This document shows positions 1 to 5,789 of a DNA stretch of 16,000 bases, piece after piece. Source of the stretch: Opitutaceae bacterium (GTDB taxonomy: Bacteria; Verrucomicrobiota; Verrucomicrobiia; Opitutales; Opitutaceae); the NCBI GenBank assembly GCA_044371245.1, contig JBILUB010000009.1, positions 1-16,000 on the forward strand, written 5' to 3'. Each line of letters begins with the position of its first letter. Position 1 is the stretch's first letter. The position numbers were made by a program, and so were the translations under genes. The notes below the pieces were generated by a model. That model was not told where the DNA came from, did no database searches, and was given only the letters and a program-made list of their open reading frames with translations.

Positions 1-1476
1 GTCGGTGGAGGGGGTGTTGCCGAGGTTCCAGTCGGCGCCGCCTTGAGAGTCGGTGACGAAGGCGATTTTGGGGGTGTAGTAGGGGGAGGATTTGGCGGCT
101 TGGATGAGGGACTCCCAGTAGCCGGCGCCGTTAAAGCCGGTGCCGGAAAAGGTGATCCACTCGTTGCCGAATTGGCAGAAGATGCGGTCGAGGCTGTCGG
201 TCCAGGGGGCGGGGCGGCCGAGGGCGGCGCGGCGGGCGCCGCCGGGGGTGGTGACGGGGCCGGCGAGGTACTCCATGAGGAAGCGCACGTCGTCGGGCGT
301 CATGGAGCCGGGGAGGGTGTACCAGGGGGCGAACTCGGCGTACTCGGCGAGGCCGAAAAACTCGTGCATGCCCCAATCGATGCGGGAGATGGTGGCGAAG
401 GTGCGGTGGGCGTAGGAGCGGAGCGGGCCGGTGATGCGGTTTTCGAGGCGGTCGGCGCGGTTGACGAGGTAGCGGACGACGCCGGGGCGGAGGAAGCGGA
501 TGACGTCGACGAAGTCGTCGCGGAAGGTGGTGGGGTTTTCGTCACCGAGCTGGGTGATGACGACGTCGTCGATGAGGATGGAGCCGCCGGTGGCGCGGAA
601 GAGGAAGGAGGTCTGGTTGTTTTCGGTGGCGGGGTTGACGTTGAAGTTCAGCTCGTAGGTCTGCCAGTTCGCGCCGGGGTTGATGGTCTGGCGGAGCGAG
701 GAGATTTCGTTGACCCCGACCTCGAGCGAGCCGCCGGAGGTCTGGCGCTTGGCGGCGAAGCGTGCGCGCCAGGGGCCGCGGGTGTCGCCGATGGATTTGT
801 AGTGGGTGAAGAAGAGGTAGGAGGCCGCGGAGGAGGCGCCGTTAAGGCGGAGGGAGTTTTGGCCGAAGCCGGGCGCGCCGTCGGTGGTGATCAGGGTGGT
901 GTCGCCGGTGTCGAAGGCGTCGTTCGGGACCACCGGGCTGCCGATGGGGTTGGCGATGCTGGAGTAGGTGACGTAGCCGCGGGGGTCGAAGCAGTCGACC
1001 ATGATGCCGTTTTGGCGGGGGTCGGGGCGGAAGTTCGAGTCGAGGGTGAGGATGAGCTGGGTGCGGTTGGCGGTGGGATCGACCATCTCGATCTGGGTGA
1101 TGCGGCCGGTCTTCCAGATGTCGGGGCCGGCGACGATGGTGTAGGTCGCGTTGTTGTTGATGAGTTGCTGGGCGAGCTCGGGGCTGACGCCGTGCTCCAC
1201 GCGCACGCGATTGGCCCCGAGGACGGTGGAGCGGGCGATGAAGCGGGTGATGATGCCTTCGAAGTTTTCCTCCACGCGGGCTTTGCGGTTGGCGGAGTCG
1301 AAATAGTTGTCCCCGGTGGCGTGGGCGCCGAGGCGGGCCATGTCGCTGAAGATCACCTCGTCGGTGAAGGAGACGATGGTCTCGGCGCGCGCGGCGAAGG
1401 GCAGCAGTAACAGCGCAAGCGCCGCGCGAAGGGGGCGGGCGGAGACGATCGAGCGGAGGGTCCGGGGGGCATGCAT
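1..1476 (-). CDS. Secreted glycoside-hydrolase-like protein, N-terminal 492 codons; the C-terminus lies beyond the left edge. Signal peptide, CBM-like beta-sandwich, then a clan GH-A-like TIM barrel.
   Basis: Absent from the ORF track because there is no in-window stop. Manual reverse-strand translation from ATG (1476-1474) stays open to position 1 and is in frame (1476 nt = 492 codons). It reads MHAPRTLRSIVSARPLRAALALLLLPFAARA/ETIVSF..., a signal peptide. A CBM-like segment follows (GQNSLRLNG...WQTYELNFNV...FLFRATGGSILIDDVVI). A TIM-barrel-like segment follows that (VIRFLRPGVVRYLVN...IDWGMHEFFGLAEYAEF...RIFCQFGNEWITFSG). GNEW (157-168) resembles the acid/base motif of GH-A clan enzymes (GH51/GH79-like). 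Third codon positions are mostly G/C. The overlapping + ORF 43-1410 is a shadow frame. Confidence 0.8.
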   Translation of the reverse strand, partial: MHAPRTLRSIVSARPLRAALALLLLPFAARAETIVSFTDEVIFSDMARLGAHATGDNYFDSANRKARVEENFEGIITRFIARSTVLGANRVRVEHGVSPELAQQLINNNATYTIVAGPDIWKTGRITQIEMVDPTANRTQLILTLDSNFRPDPRQNGIMVDCFDPRGYVTYSSIANPIGSPVVPNDAFDTGDTTLITTDGAPGFGQNSLRLNGASSAASYLFFTHYKSIGDTRGPWRARFAAKRQTSGGSLEVGVNEISSLRQTINPGANWQTYELNFNVNPATENNQTSFLFRATGGSILIDDVVITQLGDENPTTFRDDFVDVIRFLRPGVVRYLVNRADRLENRITGPLRSYAHRTFATISRIDWGMHEFFGLAEYAEFAPWYTLPGSMTPDDVRFLMEYLAGPVTTPGGARRAALGRPAPWTDSLDRIFCQFGNEWITFSGTGFNGAGYWESLIQAAKSSPYYTPKIAFVTDSQGGADWNLGNTPSTD

Positions 1477-1501
1477 GGGGGGTGGAGTTTGGGAGCAGCT
1501 T

Positions 1502-1628
1502 AATCCTTCGGGTGCGGAGGATAAATAATCCTTACGTCCAAGCCGCGGATTCACGCTTAGATTACGCTCAAAAAACGTCTTGGGATTCCGGTGAAAAAAC
1601 ACCCACGCGTTTATGGGGAATCCTTCGG
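1502..1628. repeat. Repeated motif AATCCTTCGG (exact copies at 1502-1511 and 1619-1628), a variant AATCCTTA (1527-1534), and an inverted half-site GGATTCC (1583-1589), in the lower-GC spacer upstream of the GH gene.
   Basis: Read directly from the sequence. On the minus (coding) strand the motif reads (C)CGAAGGATT. It lies 26-152 nt upstream of the GH ATG at 1476. Confidence 0.5.
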
Positions 1629-1630
1629 TA

Positions 1631-1667
1631 GGGGGGCAGGTCCGAGTGGATGCCGCCCGTTTTTTTT
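1631..1667 (+). terminator. Intrinsic-terminator-like hairpin plus T8 tract, in plus orientation only.
   Basis: GGGGGGCA (1631-1638) pairs with TGCCGCCC (1651-1658): 7 of 8 pairs, one G-G mismatch. An inner TCC/GGA extension is possible within the 12-nt loop. The stem is followed by G and eight T (1660-1667), then eight G (1668-1675). On the minus strand the hairpin is preceded by A8 and not followed by a T-run, so it should terminate only plus-strand transcripts. No plus-strand CDS lies upstream. Confidence 0.4.
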
Positions 1668-1760
1668 GGGGGGGGAATGCGCGGGCGTCGCGGGGCGCTG
1701 GTACCGAGGATGGGAGCGAGCTGCAGTCGGGTGTTTGACCGGGGGCCGCCAGCCAGCGGC

Positions 1761-3128
1761 TCAGGCGCCGGGGCCGAAGAGGGAAGCGAGGGTGCGGCCG
1801 ACGCGGTCGAGGAGGGCGGGGCGGGCTTCGTGGTACTCGCGCGGGATGAAGATCCCATCCGCGCCGGCGGAGAAGGCGGCGCGCACGATGTGCTCGGCGT
1901 GGTCCTCGGGGCAGCGGTGGTAGGCGGCGACGTCGAAGCCGAGCCCGGGATAAACCCGGGCCTTGCCGGCGACGGCGGCGACGGCGCGGCGGGTGAAGCG
2001 GGCGACGTAGTCCGCGCTGGAGGCGTGGGTGCCGGCGGCGATGGCGGCGCGGGTGGGCTCCCGGTCCGGGTCGAGGCCGCGGAGCTGGAGAAAGGCGGCG
2101 TGGGCGGTGCTGTCGTCGAGGTCCGCGAAAGGACCGTGGCTCATGAAGGGAGCGTGGTAGCCGTCGGCGCGTTTGGCGGCGCAGTCGGAGTACATCACCG
2201 GTTTTATCCAGTCGGCATGGTCGGCGAGTTCGCCGAGGTCGGTCTGGGCCATGAAGAGGGGGTCCCAAGTGCCGCCGTGGACGATGTGCCACCCGACTTT
2301 TTTGGCGGGATCGACGGCTTTCACGCGGTGGAAGACGTCGCGCAGGACGCGGTCGCGTGCCTGATACCAGAGGCGTTCCCAGGCGAGGACGGCGGGGTGG
2401 CGGGTGAGGAGGCGCCAGAAGGCGACGAAAACGCCCCCGGGCGGTTTGTCGCCGGCGCGCACGGCGGAGAAGAGCTCGTGCAGGGCAAGCATGCCGGCTC
2501 GCGCCAGCTCCGCGTCGACCTGGTTTTCGCGGGCCTGCCGGCGGCAGTGTTCGCAGAAGCACATGGGCGCCTCGCCGAGCAGAAGATAGGTGAGGGGGCC
2601 GCCACGTTCCTGGCCGAACATAAATCCGGCGACCGAGGGGTGGAGCCGCACGATGTCCTCGGCGGAAGCGGGCCACCATTCGCGCAGGTCGGGGTGATTC
2701 AGGCAGAGGAGATCGTGCGGGCGGCCGCAGGCGTCGATCTGGCGGCAGTCGCCGAGGCCGGGCAGGGCGTCGTGGTAGGTGAAGTTCTCGAGGATGCGCG
2801 GGTAGACGGCGATGCCGTGGCGGGCGGCGGGCTCGGCGACCTCGTCGAGGATGTCACCCGCGTAGCGATGGGCGGGGGGATGGCGCAGGCGGGTGCGGGC
2901 GTAGTGTCGCTCCTCGGTCCGCACCCATTGCAGCGGGCCTTTCGGGCGGGGAACGAGACCGGCGCGGAGTTGGTCGTGGTGGTCGTACTGGTAGGAGGTG
3001 TAGTTCTGCGCGAAGAGGAGAAGCGTGTTGATGCGGGCGCGCCGGCGCATGTCCGCGAGCGTGGCCTCGATGCCGTGCTCGAGGAGCGTGCCGGGGAGGA
3101 CCTGGGTGCCGATGAGGGGGGAGCGCAT
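1761..3128 (-). CDS. Cytoplasmic GH42-like / GHL6-like TIM-barrel protein with a Cys cluster; function uncertain (455 aa).
   Basis: ORF track 1761-3257. The first 43 codons are Pro-rich and overlap the upstream gene, so I moved the start to ATG 3128, 7 nt after the upstream TAG (3136-3138). Stop TGA is at 1761-1763. There is no signal peptide. LCLNHPDLREWW...VAGFMFGQERGG...MCFCEHCRRQ (CFCEHC = 2544-2561) resembles the GH42 pattern C-N-x-P..yre...NE...C-x-C-x-x-C, which includes the zinc-binding Cys cluster. Confidence 0.75.
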   Translation of the reverse strand: MRSPLIGTQVLPGTLLEHGIEATLADMRRRARINTLLLFAQNYTSYQYDHHDQLRAGLVPRPKGPLQWVRTEERHYARTRLRHPPAHRYAGDILDEVAEPAARHGIAVYPRILENFTYHDALPGLGDCRQIDACGRPHDLLCLNHPDLREWWPASAEDIVRLHPSVAGFMFGQERGGPLTYLLLGEAPMCFCEHCRRQARENQVDAELARAGMLALHELFSAVRAGDKPPGGVFVAFWRLLTRHPAVLAWERLWYQARDRVLRDVFHRVKAVDPAKKVGWHIVHGGTWDPLFMAQTDLGELADHADWIKPVMYSDCAAKRADGYHAPFMSHGPFADLDDSTAHAAFLQLRGLDPDREPTRAAIAAGTHASSADYVARFTRRAVAAVAGKARVYPGLGFDVAAYHRCPEDHAEHIVRAAFSAGADGIFIPREYHEARPALLDRVGRTLASLFGPGA

Positions 3129-3135
3129 GGGCCGG

Positions 3136-4191
3136 CTACTCGCGGGCCCAGTCGAGGCGGCGGGCGAAATCGGCCTGGAAGGCGGGGCGGTGGCGGTGAA
3201 CGGTGGCGCGGGCGGCGTCGGGATCGTGCCGGGTGGACGGATCGATCCACCAGCCATCGTCGGCGCGTTCGTAGCGGCCGCCCCAGCCGGGGCGGGAGGG
3301 ATCGGAGGGGTCGTTGCCGCCGAGCGGGAGGAAGAAAAACCACGAAGGCGTGTCGCCCTCCTTGAGGCAACCGTGGGGATTGGGCGCGGTCCAGGTCTCG
3401 GTGGGAAAGAGGGCGCCCAAGGGGCTCGAGGAGAGGATGTGTTTCTCCACCCAGGCGCGGCTGGTCAGCGACTCGTCGCCGCCGAGGTACATGCCGCGGA
3501 AGGAGGCGGTGCGTTTGTCCGCGCCCGGGGCGGCGACGCTCAAGACGTAGTGGAGTCCCGGATACGCGGCGCGCATGCGGCCGGCGATGCCGTCCTGGTC
3601 CGCGATGTCGTGCACGCGCAGTCTCGCCGCGAACGCGCCGAGCCCGTCGGCGCCGCGCTCGTGGTTCACCCGCCATAGGGCCTGGGCGAGATCGGTCTGG
3701 CCGCCCCAGACGGAGAGGTTGAGCGGGCGCTCGGGGCTGCCGGCGTCCACGCGCGCGATGATCCAGCGCGAGGCCTCGGTATCGTGCCCCTCGCCGATGA
3801 AGTCGGCGCCGCGTTCGCGGCGTCCGACCTTGATCAAGCCGAGCAGGGTGTCGGCCTCGGGCCAGCCTTCGGCGTGGCGGAGCAGGCGGGGGCGGATGAG
3901 GCGGTAGGCCTCGATCTGCTCGCGGATCAGCTCGGGCCGGGGGCTCGCATCGCGCCGCTCCCCGGGGGTGCCGGAGGAGGTGGCGAGCAGGCCTTCCCAG
4001 GCAAACTCGTTGGCGTAGTGGAGCAGGCGGACGAGGGATTGCTGGTCGTCGGGGTCGCCGCCGATGTCGGTGGTGATCATCAGCCGCGGGCGCGGGTCGT
4101 CGGAGGCCGGAGCGGCGGGCGCCGGCCCGGTGAGGGTCAGCGCGAGGAGGGAGCCGCAGAGTCCGCGGAGGAGGGCGGGGAGCGTTTTCAT
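3136..4191 (-). CDS. Secreted DUF1593 protein with a nucleoside-hydrolase-like N-terminal fold family (351 aa).
   Basis: ORF track 3136-4338. Start set at ATG 4191, giving MKTLPALLRGLCGSLLALTLTGPAPAA, a signal peptide. ATGA start/stop overlap with the upstream gene (plus-strand tcat at 4188-4191). Family hallmarks: RLMITTDIGGDPDDQQSLVRLLHYANEF, KEGDTPSWFFFL, PGWGGRYER. Confidence 0.85.
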   Translation of the reverse strand: MKTLPALLRGLCGSLLALTLTGPAPAAPASDDPRPRLMITTDIGGDPDDQQSLVRLLHYANEFAWEGLLATSSGTPGERRDASPRPELIREQIEAYRLIRPRLLRHAEGWPEADTLLGLIKVGRRERGADFIGEGHDTEASRWIIARVDAGSPERPLNLSVWGGQTDLAQALWRVNHERGADGLGAFAARLRVHDIADQDGIAGRMRAAYPGLHYVLSVAAPGADKRTASFRGMYLGGDESLTSRAWVEKHILSSSPLGALFPTETWTAPNPHGCLKEGDTPSWFFFLPLGGNDPSDPSRPGWGGRYERADDGWWIDPSTRHDPDAARATVHRHRPAFQADFARRLDWARE

Positions 4192-5111
4192 CGGAAGGGG
4201 TAGCCGGGGCCGCGCGTGATCTCGCCGCCGGTGTGGCCGACGATCGCCACGAGCAGGCCGGCGAGCAGCAGGAGCCCGAGCAGCCAGGCGCGGCTGCGGG
4301 CGTGGTCGCGCCGCATGGCGCTCACCTGCAGCCGCCACAGGACCGGGGCCAGGAGGGCGAGGGCGATGCCGAGCCAGCGGTGGAGAAACACGGTGTCGTC
4401 GGAGTGGCCGTCGGCGCTGGCGAGCAACCAGCCGGTCGCGGCGGAGAGCGGGGCGGTGAGCGCGGCGACGCCCAGGCAGGTGACGAGGGCGAAGTCGGCC
4501 TCGGCCTGGCGCCGCCGGAGGCGGGCGAGGAGGGCGAGGCCGGCGGCGACGACGAGCAGTGCCACGGGGAAATGGACGATCATCGGGTGCAGGCGCGCGA
4601 TGACGGTGCGCGTGCTTGGTCCCGGTGTGGCGGACAGATCGGTGGATCCCACCGCTGCGGGTGGGGCGGGCAGTGGGGTCGGGTCCGGGGGCGGGGCCGG
4701 GATGGCCGCGGGCTGGTCGAGGGCGAGGATCCAGCGGCGAACCAAGTCGATCTCGGCGACGCTCAGGGCGGGGGCGTCGGAGTCGGGCGGGGGCATCAGC
4801 AAGTCCTGATCCGGGGTGACGAGGACATTGAGCAACTCACTCTGGTCCGGGCGGCCGGGCACGACGTAGTTGTCGTCGGCGGCGAGACGTCGGAGGTCGA
4901 GCACGTGGCCGAAGCCGCCTTTGGGGCGTGGCCGCCGCGCGGAGTCGTGGCACTCGGCGCAGCTGCGGGCGAAGATCTCGCCGAGTGCGGGCGCGAGGGC
5001 GGTGGCCGCGTCGGGCAGATCGGCGAGCAGGGGCCGGGGCGTCGAGACTGAGAGGGCGGCGAGGCCGAGGATGACGAGCGCGGCGCGCCCGCGGGGCCGG
5101 CGAGGGCTCAT
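4188..5111 (-). CDS. Membrane protein: N-terminal planctomycete-type cytochrome c domain (PSCyt1) fused to a DUF2231 multi-helix membrane domain (307 aa).
   Basis: ORF track 4188-5111; ATG at 5111 overlaps the b562 stop (tcat 5108-5111). Signal/anchor AALVILGLAALSVS. CAECH haem c motif at 4947-4961, in a PSCyt1-like context (FARSCAECHD...VVPGRPDQSELL...MPP...LSVAEIDLVRRWI). A Pro-rich linker follows. Then about four TM helices carry the DUF2231 signature HPMIVHFPVALL, plus FLHRW and VGHTGGE. Confidence 0.85.
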   Translation of the reverse strand: MSPRRPRGRAALVILGLAALSVSTPRPLLADLPDAATALAPALGEIFARSCAECHDSARRPRPKGGFGHVLDLRRLAADDNYVVPGRPDQSELLNVLVTPDQDLLMPPPDSDAPALSVAEIDLVRRWILALDQPAAIPAPPPDPTPLPAPPAAVGSTDLSATPGPSTRTVIARLHPMIVHFPVALLVVAAGLALLARLRRRQAEADFALVTCLGVAALTAPLSAATGWLLASADGHSDDTVFLHRWLGIALALLAPVLWRLQVSAMRRDHARSRAWLLGLLLLAGLLVAIVGHTGGEITRGPGYPFR

Positions 5112-5539
5112 TCGCCCTTGAAGCGTTCGTGGCCCTCGGATTTTTGCCGCTGCATCTGGCGGGCGAGTTGTCCGGCCTGCGTCCAGTCTCCGGCCTGGAT
5201 CGCCTGTTCGAGCTCACCGATGGTTTTGAGAAACGCGTCCATCTGTTCGCGGTAGGCGGGGAGGGCGGTGGCGAGCTCGGCCTCGGGCAGCGAGGAGAGG
5301 GTCTCGGGCACGAGGTCGCGGCTGCGGGCGGCCTCGGTCTTCAAGGTGGCGAGGGCGGCGAGGGCGTCCGGGGTCTGGGTGGTGTCGGGTGCCCGCAGGA
5401 TGCGGCGCAGGGTCTTGAAGGCTTCGTCGATGCGTTCCATCGAGTCGTGGACCGAGAGGGTCTCTTCGGCTGCGATGGTCCGCGGGCTGAGGGTGAAGGT
5501 GAGGAGCAGGGCGCAGAGGCCCGTACACAGGGAGTTCAT
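5108..5539 (-). CDS. Periplasmic cytochrome b562-family four-helix-bundle protein (143 aa).
   Basis: This is the C-terminal part of track ORF 5108-6289. Start set at ATG 5539 (MNSLCTGLCALLLTFTLSPRTIAA, a signal peptide). It aligns by eye with E. coli b562: VHDSMERIDEAFKTL against LEDNMETLNDNLKVI (Met ligand), and YREQMDAFLKTIGELEQAIQAGDWTQAGQLARQMQRQKSEGHERFK against [46 protein letters not shown] (His ligand). Confidence 0.8.
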   Translation of the reverse strand: MNSLCTGLCALLLTFTLSPRTIAAEETLSVHDSMERIDEAFKTLRRILRAPDTTQTPDALAALATLKTEAARSRDLVPETLSSLPEAELATALPAYREQMDAFLKTIGELEQAIQAGDWTQAGQLARQMQRQKSEGHERFKGE

Positions 5540-5561
5540 CGGGGTGAAGGGGGAGCGGAGC

Positions 5562-5591
5562 GGGGATCGGGAGGGAAGCGGGTGGGAGGGG
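5562..5591 (+). other. G-quadruplex-type motif on the plus strand: six G3-4 tracts with 1-4 nt loops. It gives a C-rich leader on the minus strand, immediately upstream of the b562 start.
   Basis: GGGGatcGGGaGGGaagcGGGtGGGaGGGG read directly from the sequence. It is part of a longer purine-rich run (5541-5592), 23-52 nt upstream of ATG 5539. No Shine-Dalgarno-like sequence is visible. Confidence 0.4.
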
Positions 5592-5602
5592 TTTTGGCCA
5601 TG

Positions 5603-5623
5603 CTGAAGGCATCCTACCTTCAG
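5603..5623. promoter_or_regulatory. 7-bp inverted repeat or hairpin (CTGAAGG-N7-CCTTCAG) in the divergent intergenic region.
   Basis: CTGAAGG (5603-5609) and CCTTCAG (5617-5623) with a 7-nt spacer. It lies 64-84 nt upstream of the b562 ATG and 167-187 nt upstream of the 5790 ATG. It is a candidate operator or leader structure. Only the repeat itself is observed. Confidence 0.25.
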
Positions 5624-5789
5624 TGGGTGGGGCGAGGGCTTGGCTCCCGGGGGCGTCGAGCCGGGGAGGAGGGGTCGGTGGAGCATGGCGCGCTTCTTGT
5701 TCGGGGGGCGCATCTTTTGGTGATACCGGCGTAGGATGGGAGCCCGGTCGGCGGGGGAGTAGACTCGGAGACCCCCGAAAGGCCACCCC

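Noticed and set aside
43-1410. 455-aa plus-strand ORF (TTG start) rich in G/A/V/D/E.
   Set aside because: It is an antisense shadow of the real minus-strand GH gene (<1-1476). Its low-complexity composition is typical of the reverse frame of GC3-rich genes. The minus frame gives a signal peptide and recognisable GH motifs.
1660-1675. T8G8 homopolymer junction as a slipped-strand phase-variation switch.
   Set aside because: It is not inside a CDS and not in a recognisable promoter spacer. The T-run is better explained as the terminator U-tract.
1650-3678. Plus-strand ORFs 1650-3365 (571 aa) and 3025-3678, and minus-strand ORF 2699-3676 (325 aa, R/P-rich).
   Set aside because: These are shadow or off-frame ORFs overlapping the GH42-like and DUF1593 genes. 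Their composition is Gly/Ala/Arg/Pro-dominated with no motifs.
3129-4338. N-terminal extensions of track ORFs 1761-3257 and 3136-4338.
   Set aside because: Both extensions are Pro/Arg-rich and overlap the preceding gene's coding sequence. Internal ATGs at 3128 and 4191 sit right at or after the upstream stops and give sensible N-termini.
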